A stretch of 64,000 nucleotides of DNA, from NCBI GenBank assembly GCA_963725325.1, contig CAVRYF010000006.1:95993-159992 (forward strand). Reading direction: 5' to 3'. Position numbers and translations under genes: made by a program. This DNA comes from an uncultured Acidobacteriota bacterium. GTDB taxonomy: Bacteria; Acidobacteriota; Vicinamibacteria; Vicinamibacterales; 2-12-FULL-66-21. Below, in pieces: positions 1 to 9,536 of this stretch. Position 1 is the first letter of the stretch, and each line of letters begins with the position of its first letter. Below the pieces are notes generated by a model, which saw only the letters and a list, made by a program, of their open reading frames with translations, was not told the DNA's origin and searched no databases.

Positions 1-913
1 CGTCCGTCTGGTCTTCCATCCGCATCGGCTTGTATTGCGCCTTCGGAATCTTGACGAAGTCGTCGACGCCGCGAACGGTGAATCGATCGTTGTCGCCGTT
101 GAAGACGGTGAAGTCGGCTGCTCCGAGCACCGTGCCGCGAACCAGGGTCAGGCTCATGGGCGGCCACGACGCGATGTCGGGCTGCAGTTCGACGGCCCCT
201 TTGCCGGCATCGGCCAGGATTACGAATGGTCTCATGCCTGCGGCCTCAAGCAGGCTCGTCATCGTCTGCGCCTGCCAGTTCGACATGTCATAGTTCGTGG
301 CGACCTCCTTCCGTGGAAAGTGCGCGGGTCCGTACACAACCAGGGCTCGGCGGCCGCGTTCCACGACTTCGCGGTGGATCAGATCCGCCGGAAACGTGTC
401 GCGGCGCACCGTCCACTTGCGGAGGTCATCTTTGGTCGTGACGTTGTCCCAGTCGATGGGCGGATCGCCGCCGATCACGCGATACCGCTTCTCTTTCGGC
501 AGCGTCGCATTCAGCGCGCCTATGGCGCGATAGAACTCCTCGACGTACGGGCCGTCGTTGGTGACGCCCGCAATCACGGTATCCTGCCAGACATGTCGCA
601 ACGCCGCATCGGAAATCGCGTCACCACGCACGAACCGATCAATCACGTCCTGGTACCGCGACGAGCCGAACTCGACGACGATGTCGGTGACCGTGCCCTG
701 AAGGCGCGGATCGCGCACGATCGCGAGGAGCAAGTCGTACCCCTGCCTGCTCCCATGTCCGCCCGGGAGCATCACGACCTGATGCGTTCTGAAAGCCTCG
801 ACGATGCCATCGATCGGATCGACGCGGACAGCTGGTTGTAACGCCTGCCCCGCGCTCACCAGAGCGAACGCCGCCAGAATTGCGGACATCCGGGGCATAT
901 CCACTCCCGTCAT
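1..913 (-). CDS. secreted hypothetical protein (partial; C-terminus lies beyond the left window edge)
   Basis: Absent from the ORF track because it runs off the edge. My minus-strand translation from the ATG at 913-911 gives MTGVDMPRMSAILAAFALVSAGQA (signal-peptide-like) and stays open to position 2. AAGGAG lies 7 nt upstream of the ATG. The + ORF 35..841 is its Arg/Asp-rich antisense shadow. Confidence 0.6.
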   Translation of the reverse strand, partial: MTGVDMPRMSAILAAFALVSAGQALQPAVRVDPIDGIVEAFRTHQVVMLPGGHGSRQGYDLLLAIVRDPRLQGTVTDIVVEFGSSRYQDVIDRFVRGDAISDAALRHVWQDTVIAGVTNDGPYVEEFYRAIGALNATLPKEKRYRVIGGDPPIDWDNVTTKDDLRKWTVRRDTFPADLIHREVVERGRRALVVYGPAHFPRKEVATNYDMSNWQAQTMTSLLEAAGMRPFVILADAGKGAVELQPDIASWPPMSLTLVRGTVLGAADFTVFNGDNDRFTVRGVDDFVKIPKAQYKPMRMEDQTD

Positions 914-1148
914 GCACGTACTCCTTCGCGCGAGAATACCTCAACCGTCGGCCCGGCCGGGGTAACTCAAGCCGTAATACTGGTTACGGGGAGTCTCAGG
1001 AAACCGGAAGGGCGTGGCGCGCGATTCGGGTTCTTTGGGGGCACGCGGAGTGGGGGGCTGGCGGTCGTGGTTAAACCGTCCACCGAATCGGATCAATCTC
1101 ATTGAAACTTGTGACAGGTGACAGGGACTCGTAAGACTTCTAGAAAAG

Positions 1149-1224
1149 TGGTGAGCCGCCTCGGAATCGAACCGAGAACCCGCAGATTAAGAGTCTGCTG
1201 CTCTGCCAATTGAGCTAGCGGCCC
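1149..1224 (-). tRNA. tRNA-Lys (anticodon CTT), CCA encoded
   Basis: The reverse complement folds as a cloverleaf: acceptor GGGCCGC/GCGGCTC, anticodon loop CTCTTAA, T-loop TTCGATT, 3' ACCA. Confidence 0.9.
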
Positions 1225-1336
1225 ACGGAGTGCGCGATGCGTCGGTCATGGCCGGACCAGCGCGATGGGGACAATTGCCGATTATATCAATCTCTCCGCC
1301 GAACGAAAAGCTTCCAAAAGCCCCCCGATCGGCGCC

Positions 1337-2248
1337 TCAGAACGTCTTCAACCCGTTGACCGGCAGCAGGGCGCCGTAGAGTGACGTCGCCGCGCAGATG
1401 AAGAGGTAGTTCCGCTTCGGGCCGCCGAAGACGACGTTCGAGCAGATCTCCGGGATCCGGATTCGGCCAATCAACGTCCCATCCACGTCGATGCAGTCGG
1501 CGCCATCGTCGGTCGCCGCCCACAGACGGCCCGCATCGTCGAACCGCATGCCGTCGAAACGGCCCGCGGTGCATTCGGCGAACACCTGGCCGCCGGAGAG
1601 CGTGCCGCCGGCGCCGACGTCGAAGACCCGGATGTGTTTCGGCAGGGCGGCATCGCGACCGCCGGCTGAGTCGACGATGAAGAGCCGGCGTTCGTCGGCG
1701 GAGAAGGCAATGCCATTCGGTCTGACGAAGTCGTCGGCGGCGACGCGAATCTCGCCAGTGGCGCCGTCGACGCGGAACACGAAGTTGCCGCCGACCTCGC
1801 TCTCGGACTTGTGACCCTCGTAGTCGGTCAGGATGCCGTACGGTGGATCGGTGAACCAGATCGATCCGTCCGACTGCACCACGACGTCATTTGGACTGTT
1901 CAACCGCTTGCCCTTGTAGCGGTCGGCGATGAGCGTCATGCGCCCGTCGTGCTCGGTGCGGACCACGCGACGGCCGCCGTGCTCGCAAGTGACGAGCCGT
2001 CCCTGACGGTCGACGGTGTTCCCGTTGGCGTAGTTCGACGGGTTGCGGAAGACGCTGACCGAGCCGTCGCACTCGTCGTAGCGCAGCATCCGGTTGTTGG
2101 GGATGTCCGAGAAGACGAGATGCCGGGCAGCGGGGAAGTACGCCGGACCCTCGGTCCACCGTCCGCCGGTCCACAGGCGCTCCACGTGCGCCGTGCGGTT
2201 GAAGCAGTCAAGGAACCGCGGATCCAGGACTTCGTAGTCGTTCGGCAT
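1337..2248 (-). CDS. SMP-30/gluconolactonase/LRE family protein
   Basis: ORF 1337..2365 trimmed to the ATG at 2248 (MPNDYEVLDPRF), because the longer form overlaps tRNA-Arg. Beta-propeller lactonase-like motifs are present (NSPNDVVVQSDGSIWFTDPPYG, RPNGIAFSADERRLFIVDS). Confidence 0.85.
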   Translation of the reverse strand: MPNDYEVLDPRFLDCFNRTAHVERLWTGGRWTEGPAYFPAARHLVFSDIPNNRMLRYDECDGSVSVFRNPSNYANGNTVDRQGRLVTCEHGGRRVVRTEHDGRMTLIADRYKGKRLNSPNDVVVQSDGSIWFTDPPYGILTDYEGHKSESEVGGNFVFRVDGATGEIRVAADDFVRPNGIAFSADERRLFIVDSAGGRDAALPKHIRVFDVGAGGTLSGGQVFAECTAGRFDGMRFDDAGRLWAATDDGADCIDVDGTLIGRIRIPEICSNVVFGGPKRNYLFICAATSLYGALLPVNGLKTF

Positions 2249-2335
2249 GAAAGGGAGCTTCAGGAACTGCGCCTGGGTCTTCACCTGGCTTGCCAACCGT
2301 AGCTCACGCTCTTGGTGGCACGCGTGAGCGAAGGT

Positions 2336-2412
<77 letters not shown>

Positions 2413-2604
2413 GTCAGTCGTCAGTCTTCAGTCGGCGGTCGTCAGGCTCAGTCCTCAGTCCGAGTCGCTAGTCCCAATCGTCAGTCGGAGTCTTCAGTCG
2501 GAGTCTTCAGTCGGTGATGGCAATCCCGTCGCGACTGCCGACTGGAACAGACGACTCGGACTGACGACTGTGACTGGCGACCGTCGACTCACGACTGTCG
2601 ACTG
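2413..2604. repeat. 192-nt word-repeat hairpin filling the whole spacer between the two tRNA-Arg genes
   Basis: The left half is built of CAGTC-type heptamers (gtcagtc gtcagtc ttcagtc ...). The right half is built of the complementary GACTG words (gactgacgactgtgactgg...). For example, cagtccgagtcg occurs in the left arm and in the reverse complement of the right arm. Confidence 0.8.
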
Positions 2605-2681
<77 letters not shown>

Positions 2682-2755
2682 ATGTCCGCGTCAACGCGAA
2701 CCCCCATCATACCGGGCCCGCGGAAGCGGGCGCAAGCCGCAACGGTTTCGAGGGA

Positions 2756-3139
2756 TCACCGCCTCGCGGGCGGGCCGAGCGGATTCTTCGCGAAGCACAG
2801 GTCCTCGACGATCCGCCCGCCGATCAGGTGCTGCTGGATGATCCGCTCGGCGTTGTCAGGCGTGACGTCGCGATACCACGCGCCTTCGGGATAGACGAGC
2901 GCGATCGGACCGTCGCCGCAGATCCGCAGGCAGCCCACCTTCGTCCGGTAGCATGGCCCGCTCGAGCCCGCGATGTTCAGCTCCTTCATCCGCTTCTTCA
3001 CGTAGTCCCACGTCTTCTCGCCATCGTCTTTGTCGACGCAGTCGGGGCCGAGGCAGACGAAGAGGTGACGGGTGAGCTGGCCGACGCCGAATGACTCAGC
3101 GGTTTCCGCCGGCGACGACTTGCGGTCTTTCTTGCCCAT
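2756..3139 (-). CDS. thioredoxin-like [2Fe-2S] ferredoxin domain protein
   Basis: 127-aa ORF with four spaced Cys ([10 protein letters not shown]...[25 protein letters not shown]), typical of this ferredoxin family. Confidence 0.7.
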   Translation of the reverse strand: MGKKDRKSSPAETAESFGVGQLTRHLFVCLGPDCVDKDDGEKTWDYVKKRMKELNIAGSSGPCYRTKVGCLRICGDGPIALVYPEGAWYRDVTPDNAERIIQQHLIGGRIVEDLCFAKNPLGPPARR

Positions 3140-3163
3140 CTGTGGCGATCATACCCGAGAGCC

Positions 3164-3240
3164 GCGAACGGCGAACGCCGAACGCCGAACTCCGAACGCC
3201 CAACGCCGAACGCCGAATCGCGAGTCGCGAGCAGCGAGCC
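3164..3240. repeat. tandem heptamer array (CGAACGC-like, about 10-11 units)
   Basis: cgaacgg cgaacgc cgaacgc cgaactc cgaacgc ccaacgc cgaacgc cgaatcg cgagtcg cgagcag. It lies between the ligD stop and the ferredoxin start. Confidence 0.85.
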
Positions 3241-3244
3241 CCGA

Positions 3245-5644
3245 TCACACTCCGTACTTCCCGAACACCGTCTCGAGACGCGCGGGCTTCGAGGTGCGCA
3301 GCCGAGCCCACAAGTCGCCGACCTCGCTAAAACGCGCCGGCGCGGTGACGATGGTGAAGTCGCGCGGGTCGACGCCGGCGTCGACTTCGTCCCAGGTGAG
3401 CGGCGTGGAGACGCCGGCGAAGTCGCTCGCGCGCGCACTGTAGGCACAGGCCAGCGTCTTCCCCAGGATGTTCTGCAGGAAGTCGACGTAGACAGTGCCG
3501 CGCCTGCGCTTCTTGACCATGCGCTCGACGGTCGCCACTTTCGGATGCCGGGCGGCGATCACCGTCGCGACGATCTGACAGAAGAGCTGTCCGGACTCGT
3601 ACGACGTGCCGGGCGGAAGCGGAATGTAGATGTGCAGTCCGCGCGATCCTGACGTCTTCGGCACGGCGGGCACGCGCATCGACTCGAGCTCGTCGCGCAC
3701 CCAGCGTGCGACGTCGAGCACGTGCGCGAGCGTCGCGCCTTCGCCGGGATCGAGATCGAGCGCGACGAAGTCGGCGTCGAGCGGCGATTGCACCCGCGAG
3801 AACCACGGGTCCTGCGAGATCGCGGCGAGCTGCGTCATATAGAGCAGCGTAATGAGCGACCCGCCGATGAAGCGCTCGGCGCCGCGCTCTTCGATCGGGT
3901 CGAGATCGTCGGGCAGGGCTTCCATTCGCACGCCCGCCGGCGGCTGTTCCTTCTGCCGGCGCTGCTGATAGAACGCCACGTGGTCGTCGACGCCGTTCGG
4001 AAAGCGCTTCATCACGAGCGGTCGATCGGCGACAACCGGAAGGATGAGTGGCGCAATCGTGGCGTAGTAGCGCAGCAGGTCGCCCTTGGTGAGCTTGAGC
4101 TTTGGCCAGAACGGCTTCGCGAGATTGGTGACGCCGATCCTCGCTCCGTCGGGGAGCGCGAGAGTCCCGTCCCGGCGCGTGTCCTCGAGCGCGCGCAGCT
4201 GGTCGATGACGGGCTGCATCTGGGCGAGGGCTTCCCTTACATCGACCTTTTTGTGCTGTTGAGCCGAACGGTTGGTCGAGACGCGCGCGGCGTCTTCGGA
4301 CTTCGCGCGGCGCGGTGCCTTGGCGTCAGCGGTTCTGTCCGCATTTATCAATGCCCCTGGGGCCCCACCCCCAGGGGCTTCTCGCGCGGCGACTTCCGCC
4401 TTCGCTGATGCTTCGGCGGACCGCCGTAGCCTTGGCGGAGGCTGGTCGCGCCGCGCTCGGGCCGCAGGCGCTTGCCCCTCTCTGACGACACTCGTTGGCT
4501 TCTTGTCATCTCTCAACCCCAGGTACACCGGATGGCGCAGCTTTCCGTCGTCAGTCCACTCCGTGAAGCGGACCTGGGCGACGAGCTCGGGGCGCACCCA
4601 GTGCGCGGTTTCGTTGCTCTCGATCTTGTCGGCAAACGGCGACTGTTTCGTCTCACGCGCCTTGAGGAGCTTCGAGACCCGCTCGAGCTCGTGCTGATCG
4701 AACCCCGTGCCCGCGTGCCCGACGTAGATGAGAGAACCCGGCTGGCTTGGGGCGTTCGGTCCGCTTTTATCAGCGCTCGCGGGGCCCCACCCCCGCTCGC
4801 TCTCGCGCGGCGACTTCCGCCTTCGCTGAAGCTTCGGCGGACCGCCGTAGCCTTGGCGGAGGCTGGTCGCGCCGCGCTCGGGCCGCAGGCGCTCATATAC
4901 CCCCAGCAGCAGCGCCCCGAAGTACTGCCGCGTGTTGCGCGGCTCGGTCCAGCCGCCGATGACGAATTCCTGCTCGTGATGGAGCTTGAGCTTGCGCCAC
5001 GAGGGGCTGCGGCGGCCCGACTGGTAGGGCGACCGCGCCTCTTTGACGATCAGCCCTTCCCACCCTTCTTTCTTCGCGCGCTCGTGCAGCGCGCGGCCAT
5101 CGTTGGTCACTTGTTCGCTGATGCGAATCGTGCTCGACTTCGACTTGCCGAACAGACGCTCGAGGTGCGCGCGGCGCTCGACGAGCGGCAGGCCGCGGAG
5201 ATCCTCTTTGCCTTCGCGCAGGATGTCGAACGCGATGAACGCGACCGGGTGTTCGCGATCGATGCGCTCGACATCTTTCGCGTCGCTCAAGTGAATCCTG
5301 CCCTGCAGCCGCTGGAATCCCACGGGATTCCCCTTCGCGTCGAGCGCAACGATCTCACCGTCGATTATGAGGGGCTCGGTAGCACCGAACGAGGCGAGGG
5401 CGGACACGATGGAGGGGAACTGCGAGGTCTTGTCGTTGCCCAGGCGCGACCAGACACGCACGAGCGCGCGCGGACGCGCCGGAGCAGTCTCACCAAGCCC
5501 GCGCTTGCGCGCGGGCTCGACTTCAATCAGCGCACGGATGCCGTCGTACTTCGGTTCGAAGACGAGAGACGTGCCGGTGAGCGGCGGATCGGCGAGCGTC
5601 GCGAGCATCGGTCGCGCGGCGCCGGATTTTTCTCGCCAGATCAC
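3245..5644 (-). CDS. ligD: ATP-dependent DNA ligase LigD, ligase + polymerase/primase domains, no phosphoesterase domain seen
   Basis: Adenylation motif EPKYDGIR, OB-fold end KLRHPVYLGLRDDK, and C-terminal LigD-Pol motifs (KTSGSRGLHIYIPL, YVDFLQN). The GTG at 5644 is the longest start and the ATG at 5608 (MLATLADPP) is an alternative. The gene is divergent from ku. Confidence 0.9.
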   Translation of the reverse strand: MIWREKSGAARPMLATLADPPLTGTSLVFEPKYDGIRALIEVEPARKRGLGETAPARPRALVRVWSRLGNDKTSQFPSIVSALASFGATEPLIIDGEIVALDAKGNPVGFQRLQGRIHLSDAKDVERIDREHPVAFIAFDILREGKEDLRGLPLVERRAHLERLFGKSKSSTIRISEQVTNDGRALHERAKKEGWEGLIVKEARSPYQSGRRSPSWRKLKLHHEQEFVIGGWTEPRNTRQYFGALLLGVYERLRPERGATSLRQGYGGPPKLQRRRKSPRESERGWGPASADKSGPNAPSQPGSLIYVGHAGTGFDQHELERVSKLLKARETKQSPFADKIESNETAHWVRPELVAQVRFTEWTDDGKLRHPVYLGLRDDKKPTSVVREGQAPAARARRDQPPPRLRRSAEASAKAEVAAREAPGGGAPGALINADRTADAKAPRRAKSEDAARVSTNRSAQQHKKVDVREALAQMQPVIDQLRALEDTRRDGTLALPDGARIGVTNLAKPFWPKLKLTKGDLLRYYATIAPLILPVVADRPLVMKRFPNGVDDHVAFYQQRRQKEQPPAGVRMEALPDDLDPIEERGAERFIGGSLITLLYMTQLAAISQDPWFSRVQSPLDADFVALDLDPGEGATLAHVLDVARWVRDELESMRVPAVPKTSGSRGLHIYIPLPPGTSYESGQLFCQIVATVIAARHPKVATVERMVKKRRRGTVYVDFLQNILGKTLACAYSARASDFAGVSTPLTWDEVDAGVDPRDFTIVTAPARFSEVGDLWARLRTSKPARLETVFGKYGV
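4331..4472. repeat. ~142-bp palindromic element, copy 1 (inside ligD, Lig-Pol linker)
   Basis: The 3' 92 nt (4381-4472) match 4802-4893 with a single mismatch. It contains a perfect hairpin, gcccctgggg-ccccac-ccccaggggc (4353-4378). Confidence 0.9.
4752..4893. repeat. ~142-bp palindromic element, copy 2 (inside ligD, OB-fold loop)
   Basis: Same element as 4331-4472, 421 nt away. Its 5' hairpin has a different stem sequence but the same ccccac loop. Confidence 0.9.
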
Positions 5645-5679
5645 AAAGGAGAAAAGAGAGGAAGGGACGGTCGATTACC

Positions 5680-5759
5680 GAGTATTCGGAGACTGACGAC
5701 CCGGGTCGGGGCGGGAGGAGGATGCCCCAAGTCCGGATCCGCTCAATCTCCGAATACTC
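5680..5759. repeat. 13-bp perfect inverted repeat (GAGTATTCGGAGA / TCTCCGAATACTC) enclosing palindrome GACCCGGGTC
   Basis: Arms at 5680-5692 and 5747-5759, in the ligD-ku divergent intergenic region. Confidence 0.75.
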
Positions 5760-6117
5760 TGTAACCGACTGCCAACATCTTCAACCAATTGGCGACATTA
5801 ATCAACAATCTTCCACGTCCGGGCCCCGCGAGCTCGACCTCGAGCGCCCAGTCATCCAATCTGCTTGGTTTTCAAAGAGATACCGGCGTCAGGCGGCAGG
5901 AAGGGTAACGGGCGCCGCCCCGCACGGCCGGGTCCGGCGCAGCCGCCCCGCGGCCGGAGGTGCAAAAATGTGCACTCGGTACCGAAACTGGTCCGAGAAG
6001 CCGATAATCAGAGCTGCCTTCGAAGGATCCGCGGTATGACGATCGGCATACCGGCATAGACCGCGCGACGGGGTCAGGCCCCGATCACAACCCCGATCAA
6101 GCAAGGAGCAGACGAAG

Positions 6118-6966
6118 ATGGCGGCTCGCCCCACGTGGAAAGGGTTCATGAAGATCAGCCTGGTGACGATCCCGGTGCGGGTCTTCCCGGCGACGGACGC
6201 GGCGGCGACCATCAGCTTCAACCAGCTGCACGCCGAGTGTCAGACGCGAATCCAGCAGAAGCGCTGGTGTCCGCACTGCGAGCGCGAGGTGCCCATCTCG
6301 GAGATCGTCAAGGGCTACGAATTCGAAAAGGGACGCTACGTCGTCATGTCCGAAGACGACATGTCGAAGGTGCGCCCCGAATCGACGCGCGTGATCGACC
6401 TCGTGCAGTTCACCGACGCGGCGGCCATCGATCCGATCTACGTCGAAAAGCCGTATTACCTGGCGCCGGATGGACCGATGGCACGCGAGGCGTTCGCGGT
6501 CATGCGTGAAGGCATGAAGGGAAAGGCCGGCATCGGCAAGCTGGCGCTCTACGGCCGCGAGTATCTCGTGGCCGTCCAGCCGCGCGACAAGGGCCTCGTG
6601 ATGTACACCATGCGCCACGCGAAGGAAGTCCGCAGCATGGACAACATCGAGGAGCTCGACTCGGTGCCCGAGAAGGTGAAGGCCGAGGAAATCAAGCTCG
6701 CCAAACAGGTGATCGGGAATTTCGAGGGCGCGCTGAATCTGGCGGAGTACAGCGACAAGTATCAGGAAGAGCTGCAGCGGATCATCGACGCCAAGGTCGC
6801 CGGCGAGGAGGTCGTGGCGACCGAGGAGGAGACGCCGCCCAAGGTCGTCAACCTCATGGACGCGCTGCGTCAGAGCCTCGACCGGGTCAGCACGGGGAAG
6901 AAAAAGGCCGCCAAAGCAGTCATAGAGAAGCCGGCCCGGGTCGCGGCGAAGCGCCGCGCGCGGTAA
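6118..6966 (+). CDS. ku: Ku protein (NHEJ DNA end-binding)
   Basis: 282 aa. The N-terminus RPTWKGFMKISLVTIPVRVFPAT and the motif YEFEKGRYV are typical of bacterial Ku. AAGGAG lies 8 nt upstream. It is paired with ligD. Confidence 0.93.
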   Translation: MAARPTWKGFMKISLVTIPVRVFPATDAAATISFNQLHAECQTRIQQKRWCPHCEREVPISEIVKGYEFEKGRYVVMSEDDMSKVRPESTRVIDLVQFTDAAAIDPIYVEKPYYLAPDGPMAREAFAVMREGMKGKAGIGKLALYGREYLVAVQPRDKGLVMYTMRHAKEVRSMDNIEELDSVPEKVKAEEIKLAKQVIGNFEGALNLAEYSDKYQEELQRIIDAKVAGEEVVATEEETPPKVVNLMDALRQSLDRVSTGKKKAAKAVIEKPARVAAKRRAR

Positions 6967-6994
6967 GCGTCATTGCGCGGTAAGCTTCTCTTGA

Positions 6995-9475
6995 ATGAGT
7001 CTGCGCCTTCGTCTGATCGTCGCGTTCTTCTTCCTGTCGGTCGTGCCACTGGCGGCCGTCACGCTCTTCACGTACGCGAGTAACGCGCGCGCGATGCGCG
7101 AGGCGGCTGGCCGCGAGGCCGAGCTGCTTGCCGGCGAGCTCAGCCAGCGCATGCAGGTCGTGACCGCTCAGTTGAGCGAGCGGGTCGAGCGCCTGATGGA
7201 CGTGGCCGAGGCGCGTGCGGAAGCGACCGCGGCGGAGAGCGCCCGCACGGCAGCGCTGGCCACGACCGGCACGGTCGAGCCGGCCGCGGCTGCTCCTCCC
7301 ACCCAGGAAACGCAGGTCGCTCAGGCGCTCGGCGAGATGGCGATGCTGCTCGAGAACGTCGAGTTGCGCGGCCTGCGCGGGCCGCGTCCGCCAGGCGCGC
7401 CTGGTGGTCCGGCGGTGGCCGTGGACGGTTCGGCGGGGGCGACGGCAATCGCGGCCGCTCCGACGTGCCGCCCCCGCCTGGCGCGCCAACTGCGCCGATT
7501 CCTCCGGTCGCCAGCGTCCCGCCGGCACCGGCCACGACGGCTGTCGCGCCTCCGCCGGGCACGGAAGCGCCACCAGCCTTCGGCCGCCGTGTTCGGCGGT
7601 TCGCGTCCAGCTCCGGGTGACGCGTCTCAGGCGCGCGGCTCGGCCGCGACCTCGACTCCATCAACGAGCGACAGCGCCGCGGCCGACGCGACCTCGCGAG
7701 GCAATCCTCCAACGCCGGGAGCCGTTCCACCCGCTGGCGTCGCTCCGTCGCCACCATTTCCACCGCCGTTTCCCGATCGCCGCCCGCCGCCAGGCGCCGA
7801 GGGGCCATCGGATCCCAACGCCACACCTCGCGATCGCATCATGATCGACGTCGGTCCGATGCGGCGCGACATCGTGCGCCAGTTCGTGCCCGAGGGCCAG
7901 TGGGAGAAGCTCACCGAGGAAGAGCGTCAGCGGATCATGGCCGAGGTCAACCAGCGCATGCTCGGCATCGCGCAGGGGATCCAGCTCGGCGCGGCCGAGG
8001 CGCAGAAGCGCGTCGCGGAAGCGCAGCGCGCGGCTGATGCCAAGGCGCAGGCCGCCGTGGCCGCCGCCGTCAAGCCCGCGCCTCGCAAGGCGCCGGTTGT
8101 CGCCGCCGCGCCCGTGGCCACGGCTCGAGCGACGCCAGCGCGGCGCAAGACCGCGCTCTCCGGCACACGGCTCGACGTCACCTTCGAACGCGACGGCAAG
8201 GTCGTGCGCGCCGCGAACGCCGAAGTCAACCTGCCCAATCTCCTCGCGACGGTCCTGACCACGACGCGGCGGGATCGCGGCGAGATACCGTTTGCCGTCG
8301 GGAAGGACGGGCGTCTCTACACGCAGACCGAGGACGACAAGAAGAACATCGAAGCCATCGGCGGCGGCATCACCAAGGCCGACGAACCGGCGGGGACGAT
8401 CAGAGTCGGCGACTGGATCGTCGTGTCGACGGCCGATCCGACCGGCTCGGGACTGCGCTTCGGCATCGCGCGTCCGGTCGGCGACTCGCTGCAGACGCTG
8501 CGCCGGACGAGCGCGCGCAACGCCGCCTTCGGCCTCGGCTTCATCGGCCTCGCGCTCATCGGCATCGTCCCGCTGTCGTCGCGATTGACGAAGAATCTCT
8601 CGACGCTCAGCGACGGCGTCCATCGGATTGCGGCCGGCGACTACAGCGCCCGCGTCAAGGTCGGAGCCCACGACGAGGTCGGCCGGCTGGCCCGGGCCTT
8701 CAACCAGATGGCCGAGGACGTCGAGCTGCACCAGCGCTCGGCAGTCGAGCAGGAGCGGATCAAGCGCGAGCTCGAGCTCGGGCGGCAGATCCAGATCGAC
8801 ATGCTGCCCCAGGGTCCGCTGCGCTTCGGGCTGACCGAGATCAAGGGCGTCTCGGTGCCGGCCAAGGAAGTCGGCGGGGATTTCTTCAACTACTTCTCGT
8901 TGACCGACGGGCGCATCGCGCTGCTCGTCGGCGACGTCTCGGGCAAGGGCGTCGGCGCCGCGCTCCTCATGGCGAATATCCAGGCGTCGCTGCGCACACG
9001 GCTCGCGCTCGGTCAGGATCTCGACGCGATCGCGCGCGAGATCGACGTCGACATCGAGGGCAACACGCCCGGGCCGATCTACGCGACGCTCTTCGTGGGC
9101 ATCTTCAACCCGGCGACGCGCGAGCTGCGCTACGTCAACGCCGGCCATAATCCCCAATACATCCTCCGCACCACCCGCACGCTCGAGCGCATGTCATCGT
9201 CGGGCCTGCCGGTCGGGTTGCTTGCGGGTCGAGGCTACGCCGAGGCGCGCGTTCAGCTGGCGGCCGGCGATCTCCTCTTCTTCTACACCGACGGCTGTGT
9301 CGAGGCCGAGAACGAGGCGGGGGAGATGTTCGGCGCGGAAAAACTGGAGAGCCTGCTCCTATCAGCGGCTGGAGCCGAAGACCTGCTGGCGCGCGTCGAA
9401 ACCGTGCTCGCCGACTATCGCGGCTCGCGCGAGCCGTTCGACGATGCCACGATGATGGTCGTTAAAGTCGGGTAG
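6995..9475 (+). CDS. HAMP domain-containing PP2C/SpoIIE-family protein phosphatase (membrane sensor)
   Basis: N-terminal TM segment, a long Ala/Pro-rich region, a HAMP domain (HRIAAGDYSARVKVGAHDEVGRLARAFNQMAEDV), then SpoIIE motifs (GGDFFNYF, LLVGDVSGKGVGAALLMA, FFYTDGCVEA, DDATMMVVKV). Confidence 0.85.
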   Translation: MSLRLRLIVAFFFLSVVPLAAVTLFTYASNARAMREAAGREAELLAGELSQRMQVVTAQLSERVERLMDVAEARAEATAAESARTAALATTGTVEPAAAAPPTQETQVAQALGEMAMLLENVELRGLRGPRPPGAPGGPAVAVDGSAGATAIAAAPTCRPRLARQLRRFLRSPASRRHRPRRLSRLRRARKRHQPSAAVFGGSRPAPGDASQARGSAATSTPSTSDSAAADATSRGNPPTPGAVPPAGVAPSPPFPPPFPDRRPPPGAEGPSDPNATPRDRIMIDVGPMRRDIVRQFVPEGQWEKLTEEERQRIMAEVNQRMLGIAQGIQLGAAEAQKRVAEAQRAADAKAQAAVAAAVKPAPRKAPVVAAAPVATARATPARRKTALSGTRLDVTFERDGKVVRAANAEVNLPNLLATVLTTTRRDRGEIPFAVGKDGRLYTQTEDDKKNIEAIGGGITKADEPAGTIRVGDWIVVSTADPTGSGLRFGIARPVGDSLQTLRRTSARNAAFGLGFIGLALIGIVPLSSRLTKNLSTLSDGVHRIAAGDYSARVKVGAHDEVGRLARAFNQMAEDVELHQRSAVEQERIKRELELGRQIQIDMLPQGPLRFGLTEIKGVSVPAKEVGGDFFNYFSLTDGRIALLVGDVSGKGVGAALLMANIQASLRTRLALGQDLDAIAREIDVDIEGNTPGPIYATLFVGIFNPATRELRYVNAGHNPQYILRTTRTLERMSSSGLPVGLLAGRGYAEARVQLAAGDLLFFYTDGCVEAENEAGEMFGAEKLESLLLSAAGAEDLLARVETVLADYRGSREPFDDATMMVVKVG

Positions 9476-9536
9476 TGGGACGGCCAGGACGCAGCGGCGC
9501 TGCGGGAGCGATCCAATCTGAAGGATAAGATCTGAC

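Noticed and set aside
7661-9157. 498-aa minus-strand ORF
   Set aside because: It is antisense to the HAMP-SpoIIE phosphatase gene. Its Arg/Asp-rich composition is typical of high-GC antisense frames.
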